Positions 1-9,130 of a DNA stretch of 38,725 bases are shown here, in pieces (positions within the stretch are counted from its first letter, which is position 1; each line of letters begins with the position of its first letter). The stretch is from a virus. Taxonomy: Duplodnaviria > Caudoviricetes. The stretch lies in the IMG/VR virus record IMGVR_UViG_3300044940_000463, positions 1 to 38,725 of that record; one strand, written 5' to 3'. The translations under genes and the position numbers were made by a program. The notes beneath the pieces are model-generated. The model was not told where the DNA came from. It worked only from the letters and a program-made list of their open reading frames with translations, and did no database searches.

Positions 1-185
1 GATGTATTAGCTTATATTTTTTTATTAGATAGTGAATATACCACTAGTCTAACACTTTCAGCAATAAGCCCAACTTTTGCTTTTGCCAGTTTTTCATTTA
101 GTATTAGTTCTAATTGGACTTCAAGCCCATTTCCTTCTATTTCAAATAGTATAACATTAGACGGTTCTCCTTATTTGTATACACG
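1..185 (+). repeat. Terminal direct repeat, left copy (assembly circularisation overlap)
   Basis: 1-185 is identical to 38541-38725 except C128 vs T38668. Confidence 0.97.
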
Positions 186-315
186 CACAGGTGCTCTCAC
201 TTACGTGCTTGCATGGCCTGGTAATAATTCATGGAGATTATTTAGAACTACCCCAGCAGTAGCTACGTTTACTCCAACTTTTACCCGTTCAGTCGCATAT
301 ATTAGCCCTAGATAG
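1..315 (+). CDS. 3' part of the Dit-like gene spanning the genome junction
   Basis: Frame 1 reads DVLAYIFLLDSEY...VAYISPR, stop TAG at 313-315, in frame with the ORF from 37515. Confidence 0.85.
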   Translation, partial: DVLAYIFLLDSEYTTSLTLSAISPTFAFASFSFSISSNWTSSPFPSISNSITLDGSPYLYTRTGALTYVLAWPGNNSWRLFRTTPAVATFTPTFTRSVAYISPR

Positions 316-324
316 GATATACCA

Positions 325-2067
325 ATGTTTAGTGTTTCATTTAGACGTATAAATACCAAAAATATTGAAACTATAAATGTACCATACCCTAATATTATTA
401 GTTGGAATATACAACAAAATAAGTATGGTTCATTAAAAGCCACACTTAAAATTACAGGCTCAATTTCTTTACTTTCTTTTTTTTACGAAAATGATTATGT
501 TCTAGATGTTCAATTTTTTTGGAGAGGTATTTTAATATGGCGTGGGCGAACAGAAGCTGTTAAACTTACCCCAACTACAGTAGAAATTACAGCATTAGGT
601 TATATACGACTTTTCGCAGAACGTAAAACATTTAGTTTTTATTCCAGTACAGATTTAACACAATTTTTTGTAGTTGATCCCACTATTATAGGTGGTACAA
701 ATACTCCTTTTAAATATAATGTAAATATTAGCGATAGTTCTCTTTATTTCAGTTTAAAAAAGAATATTAGTTATAATAATTCTGCAAACCCAATTTATTT
801 AGCTTTTAAATTACCCCAACGTCTAATAGATGTTCCTGCTAGAGTGCAATTTAAGGTAACGTTTAATCTACCAAATAATTGGGTTTTACAATTAAATTCA
901 ATCAATTCTGGTTTTGCTACTATTGCTACAGAGTTTACTACTACAGCTACAGGAGTTCCTACTACAATTTGCTATTGCGATAATCTAAATCCTAATGTAT
1001 ATACTATTATGTTTTTTATTTTTAATAATACAGGTGGGGTTTATAATAACACTTTAGATGATGATGTATGGTTTGTTCGAATAACTGATTTTAGATTAAT
1101 TACAACATCAGGTAGAAATGTTGATACTACCTTGACAAATTCTGTAAATCCCGGTTCTCCTGCTACGTTTCCCGTAGCTAGTACTGCTAATATTTATGTT
1201 GGACAAAAACTAACGATAGCTTCAAATACAACAGCATCAGAAATTGTAACTGTTTTAAGTGTTACAGGATCTAGTTTTACAGCTAATAACACTACATTTA
1301 AACCTAATGGATCTACTGTACGATCTGCTTCTATGTATGCTGATGATATTATTAAAAAGCTAATTAGTGATGCTTCTAATAGTACTCCTTTACAATCTAA
1401 TATTGTTAATATTTTACCAAATAATTTAGATGTATTTAATTTAATTACTTATGGGGATAATGTATTGAATGTAATTGAAACATTAACTACACAGGGGGGT
1501 AATAGCAATTCTAATTGGAATTTTTATATAGATAATACTATTACCGCACATTTTAAACCTATATCAGCATTAAATACACGAAACTTTATTTTATATATTA
1601 ATGACTTTAATATTCAACGTTTATTAGAAACATTAACTGCATATTCTATAGTTATTTTTAAAACAACTTATGGAGCACAACACCGTACTTTTTCAAAGGC
1701 TAATCCAAATCTCCCTTTATTTGGGAGCGGCAAAACAAATGTAATTAAAATAGATAGTACATCTCAAGCTGAAGCTGAGCAAGTGCGTGAATTAGATTTA
1801 ATTAATAATGGGCTTATAAAAGCTCAAACAAGTATTCAAATTGAGTTTATGTTACTTAATTCAATTAAAGCAGATATTTTTGATCCTCAACCTTATGATA
1901 CATGTACCATTGCTAATTTACCTTTAAGTGCTAGCCCTGTTATTAACAGTGTAAAAACATTTAGAATTAGTGAAGTTCATGTAGATAGCTCAGGAACTAT
2001 TAAGCTTATACCCGATTTACCTATTCCTGGTTTAGAATTTCTTCAAACCAGACAGTCTTTTGGGTAG
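325..2067 (+). CDS. Tail tip / baseplate hub (Tal-like) protein with internal beta-rich insert
   Basis: 580 aa, second gene after the tape measure. Hub-like N-terminus (IWRGRTEAV...EITALGY) and a Thr/Asn-rich middle. Confidence 0.65.
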   Translation: MFSVSFRRINTKNIETINVPYPNIISWNIQQNKYGSLKATLKITGSISLLSFFYENDYVLDVQFFWRGILIWRGRTEAVKLTPTTVEITALGYIRLFAERKTFSFYSSTDLTQFFVVDPTIIGGTNTPFKYNVNISDSSLYFSLKKNISYNNSANPIYLAFKLPQRLIDVPARVQFKVTFNLPNNWVLQLNSINSGFATIATEFTTTATGVPTTICYCDNLNPNVYTIMFFIFNNTGGVYNNTLDDDVWFVRITDFRLITTSGRNVDTTLTNSVNPGSPATFPVASTANIYVGQKLTIASNTTASEIVTVLSVTGSSFTANNTTFKPNGSTVRSASMYADDIIKKLISDASNSTPLQSNIVNILPNNLDVFNLITYGDNVLNVIETLTTQGGNSNSNWNFYIDNTITAHFKPISALNTRNFILYINDFNIQRLLETLTAYSIVIFKTTYGAQHRTFSKANPNLPLFGSGKTNVIKIDSTSQAEAEQVRELDLINNGLIKAQTSIQIEFMLLNSIKADIFDPQPYDTCTIANLPLSASPVINSVKTFRISEVHVDSSGTIKLIPDLPIPGLEFLQTRQSFG

Positions 2068-4543
2068 CAAATTCCTTTAACATAGGTGGATTATCAAAAA
2101 ATCTTTTACTTATATCCACATCAACTTGCCAGGGTACTTCAGGGAACCACTGCTCTGCAACAGCGATCATTATCTGTTGGAGAATACTAGCTCCTAATTC
2201 AGCCTTATCTTCATCACACTCACAAATAATACTATCGTGAATGAGATGGATTACAGTTAATGGATTATCTCCGAATTCTACTAAATAAGCTGCTCGTGTG
2301 TTTAAATCTGATGCTGCACCCTGAATAGGCGCATTGACTGAAGCTTTTTTAACTTCATCAAGGTTTGCAGCACTAATAAGTGGAAAATGGCGTTTACGCC
2401 CTAAGCGGCTTTGTACATAACCGTTCTTTCGGGCAAATCGAAATTGTTCCATCTGCCATTGCATAGCTATTGGCATTTCTGCTTTAGCTTTTGCTAAAGC
2501 TTTTTCAAGAACATTAGGGCTAATCTCAATTCCAAATCCATGTAACATTGCTAAAATACCATGAACCCCACCCAAATAGACTAATCCCCCGAAATTAATT
2601 TGTTTTGCTATTTGCCTAAGATATTTAACTTTAGCTTTATGCTCTTTATTTTCTATTTCACTGAGATCTTTAATTGTCAAATATGCAGGATCAATAGCTT
2701 GTACATCAAATGTTAAGAAACGTTGTGCTCCTAATAAATGTACATCCTCATTATTTTTATATGCATTTATTAGTAAAGGTTCTTTCGATAAAGCTGCAAA
2801 TACTCTAAGCTCAGCTTGAGAATAATCAGCTTTAATAAAAACTTTACCTGGACGAGCTATGAAGGCTCCTTGTATCATTTGTCCATATATATCCTCAGCA
2901 CGAGGAATACTGTGCAAACCCCCATCAGCACTTAATCTACCAGTTTCAGTACCCTGCACATTGAAATTAATATGAATAAGATTATCAGGATCAAGTTTCT
3001 CTAAAAGCGCTGTAGCATAGGTACTTAGAAATTTACTAACCCTGCGATACCTACGTAACGCAATCACAAATGGATGGTTAGGTAATGCGTCTAAGCTTTC
3101 TTTATTTGTGCTGAGCTTGTTCGATTTATAGCTCAGTTTTTTAGTATGCTTTAATTCCAATGCATAAAACAACACCCAACTCATTTGAGTATCAGAATTA
3201 GGATTGAAAACACAACTATTAACTACTTCTTCACTAGTAGGGGGTAATAAATATTTCTCGTTTTTATAAAATGGGGAGCCTATAACCATCGATCCTTTGT
3301 AAGCTCTTGTAAAAATTTCCCACATTTGTTCAGTAAGTTGATCCAACTCCGCTTGTAAACGTAATTCTACTAACTCCAAATATTTTCGATCTATTTTAAT
3401 TCCACGAGCTTCAGCTCTTTGTAATACGGCTGAAGCTTGTAAATTTGTTTCATAAGCAGTTAGTACTTGATCAGCAACAACCATAGGATAAAGAACATGA
3501 AATAAACCTAGTGTTGCTACTCCATCATATGCTGCATACTCATATAAAAGTTTTTTAGGGAGTTTACTGTATTTTCGATTTTCTTTTGTATACCCATATG
3601 CCTCAAACCAACCCTCAATAATACTTTCGTAATCAGGAGCTTTTAAATAAAGTGTAGCAAGCTCTTTAAGACTATGTCCCCCTCTTACTTCTTTGAGTAC
3701 TCTACTCATTAATAGGGTATCATGATCTATTTTTGGAGTAGGATAATTTCGGCCAAAGCCATTTTGATCAAATTTACCATTATGCGCAATAACAGTTAAA
3801 GAATGTAACTTTTCTAATAATAAATACACACGGTCTTGATTTAATATTTCAGATGGAATAATAAAAGATCGATCTAATTCAAATGTAATTACAATACACA
3901 ATAAAAGTGCAGGTGGACTAGATCGATTACCCCATAAATTAAGATTATCTGTCTCAATATCAAAAGCTATCGGAGTACCTGGCTTTAATGTATCTAAATG
4001 AGCTATAAAATAATCCCAATTATCAGAAGTTACTACATAAGTTTGTATTTTATCCCATGCAATTTCTATTTTTGGTTTTTCTAAGCTTTGAAAAGTTTGA
4101 ATAAACGAATAAATCAATCCGGGTTTATACGTAACATGCATAGGAGCATGTGTAGCTATATGCTCCCAATCTATAACTGTTAATTGTTCTGAAGCAGTAA
4201 CACCTAATGCTACAGTTGGAACTGATATATCAGCAAGCTCAGTTAATTCGTGAAGTAAGCCGCCACGACACGCCTCAATAGCCTCAACTGGGGGTTTACC
4301 GAAGGATCGACACGCAACACAGCTAAGCTGAGCTACTTCATTCAGCTTAAAACCTGATGCATTTAATACTTCTTCCATTACCCGATAGGCATCGCCACCC
4401 AACGGTTGGTTGTCTAATATAGATCGGGGAGCAACTTGATCAATAACTAAAATCAAGCTAGGATCATTTGGGATAACCGAAGATACATATTCGTTAAATT
4501 GAAGTGGACACGCTGTGCAATTTGATCCTACGCGCTTGCTCAT
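2021..4543 (-). CDS. polA: Family A DNA polymerase with N-terminal UDG family-4-like domain and 3'-5' exonuclease
   Basis: Exonuclease motifs FDIET, HNGKFD, YAAYD; GTETGRLS; motif A DYSQAELR, motif B KQINFG, motif C IHDS. N-terminal CxxC...C...C and VALG. Confidence 0.95.
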   Translation of the reverse strand: MSKRVGSNCTACPLQFNEYVSSVIPNDPSLILVIDQVAPRSILDNQPLGGDAYRVMEEVLNASGFKLNEVAQLSCVACRSFGKPPVEAIEACRGGLLHELTELADISVPTVALGVTASEQLTVIDWEHIATHAPMHVTYKPGLIYSFIQTFQSLEKPKIEIAWDKIQTYVVTSDNWDYFIAHLDTLKPGTPIAFDIETDNLNLWGNRSSPPALLLCIVITFELDRSFIIPSEILNQDRVYLLLEKLHSLTVIAHNGKFDQNGFGRNYPTPKIDHDTLLMSRVLKEVRGGHSLKELATLYLKAPDYESIIEGWFEAYGYTKENRKYSKLPKKLLYEYAAYDGVATLGLFHVLYPMVVADQVLTAYETNLQASAVLQRAEARGIKIDRKYLELVELRLQAELDQLTEQMWEIFTRAYKGSMVIGSPFYKNEKYLLPPTSEEVVNSCVFNPNSDTQMSWVLFYALELKHTKKLSYKSNKLSTNKESLDALPNHPFVIALRRYRRVSKFLSTYATALLEKLDPDNLIHINFNVQGTETGRLSADGGLHSIPRAEDIYGQMIQGAFIARPGKVFIKADYSQAELRVFAALSKEPLLINAYKNNEDVHLLGAQRFLTFDVQAIDPAYLTIKDLSEIENKEHKAKVKYLRQIAKQINFGGLVYLGGVHGILAMLHGFGIEISPNVLEKALAKAKAEMPIAMQWQMEQFRFARKNGYVQSRLGRKRHFPLISAANLDEVKKASVNAPIQGAASDLNTRAAYLVEFGDNPLTVIHLIHDSIICECDEDKAELGASILQQIMIAVAEQWFPEVPWQVDVDISKRFFDNPPMLKEFATQKTVWFEEILNQE

Positions 4544-4544
4544 A

Positions 4545-4952
4545 TTATTCCTTAAAAAAGTGTTGTAAGTGGTTTTTTAGATACTGAAAAGCATTATCAA
4601 CATCAGGCCCATAATCAATACTTAAATTAAAAAGTATCTCTTGAAGCGCAACTTTAATAAACGCATCTTCTGATGGAAATTGGGGATTAAAAATTGTAGC
4701 TTCACCGGCACGTTTTTCAGCGCGTAACATACTCTTTTTTACTAAACGTTGCGCAATTGTTTGAATTGTTGTATACGCAAGATACGAACCATAAAGATCG
4801 TTTATTTCACGTTGAATAGTACTAATAGTTCGACAACCACCCCAAACTGCTACCATTAATTTAGCTTCCAATTCCCCCATAAATTTTTCTAAACCTGGTT
4901 TATGTGGGCGAACATGAGTACATCGAAACACAACATCAGCACTCATCTTCAA
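4545..4952 (-). CDS. BlaI/MecI/CopY-family winged-helix regulator
   Basis: GELEAKLMVAVW...LAYTTIQTIAQRLVKKSML matches the family pattern. Confidence 0.85.
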   Translation of the reverse strand: MKMSADVVFRCTHVRPHKPGLEKFMGELEAKLMVAVWGGCRTISTIQREINDLYGSYLAYTTIQTIAQRLVKKSMLRAEKRAGEATIFNPQFPSEDAFIKVALQEILFNLSIDYGPDVDNAFQYLKNHLQHFFKE

Positions 4953-5697
4953 AACTCCAATCTACTTGATATTGTGCAGGTAATTTTCCCCAACCACTTA
5001 CAATACAATCGATAACTTCAGCTTCAGATCGTGGAACCCAATTTCCTGCACTTCTAGGGCTTGCTCCCACTATTAATCCTAACTGCACAAACAATGCTTT
5101 TAATTCTTCAGGTTTAGTACCCTCAACAATACCTACTAAAATCATATTTCCCCTAGAACTAGTTAAAAAATGTGATCCTTCAAGCCCTCGTACACTATAG
5201 GGAAGTGTACGAAACTCAGTTCCTTGTTTTAATTTTTGATGCACACATAATGCTATAGCTAACACATCTGCTGGTACTCGTGGATTAACTTCAAAAATAT
5301 TAACATTAACCATTTCTTCTTTGCCTTTTGTTTCAAGATATGCTTCAATAGTTACATCATGCCAATCTTGTAATCGATTATGATAACTAATCCATCCTTT
5401 TCGCGTTAAACTAGAATATGTTACAGCGTTTAAAATACAAAAACCACTTACAGATATTCCAAATAACACTCCAATTAAACGGTATATACCAATAAAAGTA
5501 TAATCTCCCGGAAACAAACTCTCCATTTGTCGTGGGCCGAAAAGACTAGCGACCCACGCCCCAATAGCGCTAAGTAGGATAAAAAGTAACGTTAATGCTG
5601 AACTAAATAAAACTTCATGTGCTTGAGGTTTACCACTATCTAAATTCATCGGGCTAGTGGCTAAGCGAGTTATTTTTGTGTAATTTGTATTTTTCAT
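4936..5697 (-). CDS. Hypothetical membrane protein (2 N-terminal TM segments + soluble domain)
   Basis: Two hydrophobic stretches at about aa 30-53 and 68-93. Confidence 0.6.
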   Translation of the reverse strand: MKNTNYTKITRLATSPMNLDSGKPQAHEVLFSSALTLLFILLSAIGAWVASLFGPRQMESLFPGDYTFIGIYRLIGVLFGISVSGFCILNAVTYSSLTRKGWISYHNRLQDWHDVTIEAYLETKGKEEMVNVNIFEVNPRVPADVLAIALCVHQKLKQGTEFRTLPYSVRGLEGSHFLTSSRGNMILVGIVEGTKPEELKALFVQLGLIVGASPRSAGNWVPRSEAEVIDCIVSGWGKLPAQYQVDWSFEDEC

Positions 5698-5773
5698 TTC
5701 TTTTTCAACCTAACTAAGTGTAAATATTTTTTCTTTACTTTACCATAATTGGGGGTGTAAAGAATTTATCTCC

Positions 5774-5850
5774 ATCTGTTTGTTGATCTGTGTGTCGCAC
5801 ACAGCGTTTTAATCGGAAAAATATATCTTTCACACAGATTATAAACAGAT
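5774..5850. repeat. Imperfect inverted repeat with a competing inner hairpin
   Basis: ATCTGTTTGTTGATCTGTGTG (5774-5794) / CACACAGATTATAAACAGAT (5831-5850); also CTGTGTG-TCG-CACACAG. Confidence 0.7.
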
Positions 5851-5914
5851 ATATGAGTTTATTATTTCTCAAAATTTTTTACAACAACATGCTAGAAATT
5901 TGCTTATCCTTTGC

Positions 5915-6565
5915 TCAGGGTTTGCTTGTGATTTGCTTAACTTTAGCCGCTTTACAATGCGCTTTATGACCGTTTAACATTTTTTGACTTTTATATTTTG
6001 CCCCACATTCACAGCGGAAAGGAAACTCTTGAAACTCTTTACGATGTACCAAAGCTAGAGAATGTGTATAACGATGAACAAGCAGTCCATAAAAAAAACC
6101 TAACAAAGGTAGGGGTACTGCATGTGTCAAGGTTTCGGCTGTTGTAGCTACATAAGTACCCCCATTAAAAAATAAGAGATTTGATAAAATTGATGCGATA
6201 ACTGCTACAAAATTTACGAGATACCATAAAACAGCAGTAGGATTGTAAGTTAATATCTCTACTGTACCGATCCTCAGGATTTTGGTTTCATCATCAAGCT
6301 GTTGATCGGCTAGAGCAATTGCACCCAAATATGCGCTTTCAAAACTCCAACCTGCTAAAACATTCCACGGGCTAACAAGATATTCCCCTGCAAATTGTGT
6401 TACTCCATATGCTGCTGTAGCCGCAATCAATGCCATTGGAATACGAATAATCCACCACAACCAATTAATTGCTCCTAACCATTTATAAACTAACTCATAC
6501 CTATGTGTAATTTTTGGCATAGGTAAAAAAGGTTTATGCATATTCATTTGAACAGCATTATTCAT
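5915..6565 (-). CDS. Polytopic membrane protein with C-terminal zinc-finger-like motif
   Basis: About 4 hydrophobic segments, then FRCECGAKYKSQKMLNGHKAHC. Confidence 0.65.
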   Translation of the reverse strand: MNNAVQMNMHKPFLPMPKITHRYELVYKWLGAINWLWWIIRIPMALIAATAAYGVTQFAGEYLVSPWNVLAGWSFESAYLGAIALADQQLDDETKILRIGTVEILTYNPTAVLWYLVNFVAVIASILSNLLFFNGGTYVATTAETLTHAVPLPLLGFFYGLLVHRYTHSLALVHRKEFQEFPFRCECGAKYKSQKMLNGHKAHCKAAKVKQITSKP

Positions 6566-6586
6566 TATTAAATCTTTCTATGTAAA

Positions 6587-6618
6587 TAAAAGGGGTTAGA
6601 ATGATCTAACCCCTTTTA
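6587..6618. terminator. Intrinsic terminator (bidirectional-looking)
   Basis: TAAAAGGGGTTAGA-ATGA-TCTAACCCCTTTTA. Confidence 0.8.
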
Positions 6619-6627
6619 TATTTCGAA

Positions 6628-7062
6628 CTAATCATTATCTAGCATATCGGCAAGCGTAGAAACTGAACCGTAAGGCATATACTTCAGTACTTGTGGACGT
6701 GCTTCATACACACGCCCTGTTACCTTGTCAACATTCGGTTTACCCATACTTACTTGAACAGTAAGGAGTTCACCTAGGTGATCCTCACAGTTTAGTTCGA
6801 CTTCTTCATTAATATCCCGATACCCAATAGCTAGCAAAGCTTCTTTAGCCTTAATATTTGCATAATTTGATACATTGGGTGTGAAAATTAGACTAGTGGA
6901 GAAAACGCGCCCTGCTTCATGCCCATCAATGATCTTTAGGAGCCAATCAATCTTGAGGTTCCCCGAAGCTTCAACAATTTTCGTAGTTGACTTGATAATC
7001 TCCACATTAAAAGTACCTTCAAGTACTTCTTGTTTGATTGCACCCAAATTAATCTTTAGCAT
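6628..7062 (-). CDS. Phage ssDNA-binding protein (DUF669/gp2.5-like)
   Basis: Follows the Sak4-like ATPase; EGTFNVEII...IDGHEAGRVF pattern; acidic C-terminal tail. Start moved to ATG 7062 behind an AAGGAG SD. Confidence 0.7.
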   Translation of the reverse strand: MLKINLGAIKQEVLEGTFNVEIIKSTTKIVEASGNLKIDWLLKIIDGHEAGRVFSTSLIFTPNVSNYANIKAKEALLAIGYRDINEEVELNCEDHLGELLTVQVSMGKPNVDKVTGRVYEARPQVLKYMPYGSVSTLADMLDND

Positions 7063-7162
7063 TGTTATCTCCTTAGTTAGAAAATTGTACACCTTCATCC
7101 CTTTGTGCATACATGTGTAATAAATTTAGATTAGTGCATAAACTCCTATCACTTAAAATAAT

Positions 7163-7909
7163 TTAAAACGGCCTAAGGTTTTCCTCAGGAGTACTCACAG
7201 CTTGAAGAGCTGAAATTAACAAATTTGCAAATTCCCTATCAGGTTTTTGAATTTCAAGTCCTACGGGAATAGTATTATAGCGAGATTTGGCTACAATAGC
7301 TGCATGTTCTTTTGTCATTTCTAAAAGAAGATCGAACTCATATTCTGTGTCTTCTCGTTGAATAGGTTTTAAACCTAGCTTAACAACTTCAAGTTTATTG
7401 GTTACAGGATTTGTTGTTATTTGATGTTCAATTTTACTACGCATTGTACAAATAATATGCGTTTCACTAGAACGGCAACTTGTAATTGCTTGAATAAGTT
7501 TGTTGTGCTCAGGAGTAGCTACTTTCCAACCCCGAATATCCCCACCCGCAATTTCTAAAACTCCTGTCCATGCCGGGCTAATTCCGTCAACAATTAATAC
7601 AGCATATTTAGCTTTTTTTGCAGCTTCAATTAAACTTACATAATTAGATGGTCTGTGATCATTCAAACCAACAAAATCAAATGTAAATTGAGTGCGATAA
7701 AGTAAACTAGATCTGTTTTCTGTATCGATTACAGCAATTTTACCTTCTCCTGCTAATACTCGTGCAAGCGTAAGTGCGGTAAACGTTTTACCTGAACCCG
7801 GTATTCCCGAAATAGCCATTACTAAACGAGGTTCACGTAATATTGAAGCATCTTTAAACACAGTATTTACTGTTGCTTCATACGTTGGGTGATTAATTTT
7901 CACTGTCAT
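7163..7909 (-). CDS. Sak4-like AAA_24 ATPase (ssDNA annealing)
   Basis: GIPGSGKT, AVIDTE, LIVDGIS, EYEFD, KSR motifs. Confidence 0.85.
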   Translation of the reverse strand: MTVKINHPTYEATVNTVFKDASILREPRLVMAISGIPGSGKTFTALTLARVLAGEGKIAVIDTENRSSLLYRTQFTFDFVGLNDHRPSNYVSLIEAAKKAKYAVLIVDGISPAWTGVLEIAGGDIRGWKVATPEHNKLIQAITSCRSSETHIICTMRSKIEHQITTNPVTNKLEVVKLGLKPIQREDTEYEFDLLLEMTKEHAAIVAKSRYNTIPVGLEIQKPDREFANLLISALQAVSTPEENLRPF

Positions 7910-8958
7910 ACATACCTACCATTTTTTATATATTGCGATGCCAAAATTGATGTTTCAACAGATGCTTCAGCTAAACAAGGTGATCGAAAATTGCAGTAAT
8001 TACAGGCATGCGATGGGCTAGGATAGATTAACACAGAAGGTCGTAACATTTCTTTAACGATAGCTTTTAATTCTTTACTAAATGCATTTAATTGTTCCTC
8101 ACTATATCTAATAATAGTTCGTTCAAAGTAATTATTTGGATTAGTCAATAATTTTTGAAGTACTTCTCCATATTCTTCAGTAATCTGTGCATTAGTCCAA
8201 TCAGGATGAACTGTACGAATAGTTTGAAGATACCACTCAGCACTCGTATTAAAATATTCTCCGTTTTTAATTGACTTGCTTAATACTCCAGATTTAAGCA
8301 ATTCAGGAGTTTTTGGTAAACTTTTACGAACAAGTGTATATACAACACCCTGAATATTTAAACCTGTAGCTTCTCTAGCTGCTAATAAATAAAGCTTAGG
8401 TTGATCGTCAAGCTCCAATTGTTTAAGCCGCTCAGGGATCGATCTACATGTTTTATACTCTTTCAGAAAATACCCCTCAGAACCAAATCGATCACCTTTA
8501 TATTTAATAATACCGTCATAAGTGCCTGTAAGCCTTACCTGTACACGTTTGGTTGGATTGAAAAACGGTACGGAAAAAGGTCGCTCAGGTGTAAAATCCC
8601 AAAAATGATCCGCTAAAAAAGTTTTATTTGTTTTTTGCCAAATTAAATAATGTTCCAATAAACCTTTAACCAAAAGAAGATCCTGCGCAATCAAATCCGG
8701 ATTAGTATTATCCCAACGCCCCTCAGCTTTCAATTTATCTATAGTTTCCTGCTCTATAACAGCCATAATATCAATCAGATTTACAGAACTCGTAAGTCTG
8801 ATTAATTCCATAGCACGATGAAACATTGTTCCAACGACAAACGGGCTATACAAGAATTTGGGCGTTAAATTTTTTCGGTGACGTGAACTGTAGTCCCATA
8901 ATTTTCGGCATCGCTTAAACAATGTGAGGTCGCTCGCATGTAAATGAAATGTAGGCAT
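7906..8958 (-). CDS. Cas4/AddB-like PD-(D/E)xK exonuclease with split Fe-S ligands
   Basis: N-terminal FKRCR, GTMFH, GTYDG...EYKT, QPKLY, C-terminal CNYCNFRSPC. Confidence 0.85.
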   Translation of the reverse strand: MPTFHLHASDLTLFKRCRKLWDYSSRHRKNLTPKFLYSPFVVGTMFHRAMELIRLTSSVNLIDIMAVIEQETIDKLKAEGRWDNTNPDLIAQDLLLVKGLLEHYLIWQKTNKTFLADHFWDFTPERPFSVPFFNPTKRVQVRLTGTYDGIIKYKGDRFGSEGYFLKEYKTCRSIPERLKQLELDDQPKLYLLAAREATGLNIQGVVYTLVRKSLPKTPELLKSGVLSKSIKNGEYFNTSAEWYLQTIRTVHPDWTNAQITEEYGEVLQKLLTNPNNYFERTIIRYSEEQLNAFSKELKAIVKEMLRPSVLIYPSPSHACNYCNFRSPCLAEASVETSILASQYIKNGRYV

Positions 8959-9036
8959 AGTGTTTCCTTCAAAACGACACGTTGACGGCTTGAATTCTAA
9001 TACAATTCCAAATTCTCAAGTTTCGAATACGTACCT

Positions 9037-9065
9037 AGTATAACCTATTCCCTACAATTTGTCAA
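9037..9065 (-). promoter_or_regulatory. Sigma70/sigmaA promoter
   Basis: TTGACA-N17-TATACT on the minus strand. Confidence 0.85.
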
Positions 9066-9130
9066 TTGACAAGGTATAGGATTATACCTTTAAAAAAATA
9101 AGCCCTTAACTTTTAATAAACTTAACCAAC

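Noticed and set aside
1-185. Physical direct terminal repeats of the virion DNA
   Set aside because: The repeat falls in the middle of a gene, which fits an assembler overlap of a circular or permuted genome better.
7131-7150. AGGAG-ATG-CAC-TAA minigene on the minus strand
   Set aside because: An SD-to-ATG spacing of 3 nt is too short; likely chance.
7906-8958. CRISPR-associated cas4 / CRISPR system
   Set aside because: No cas1/cas2 and no repeat-spacer array found; the Sak4-SSB context indicates a recombination exonuclease.
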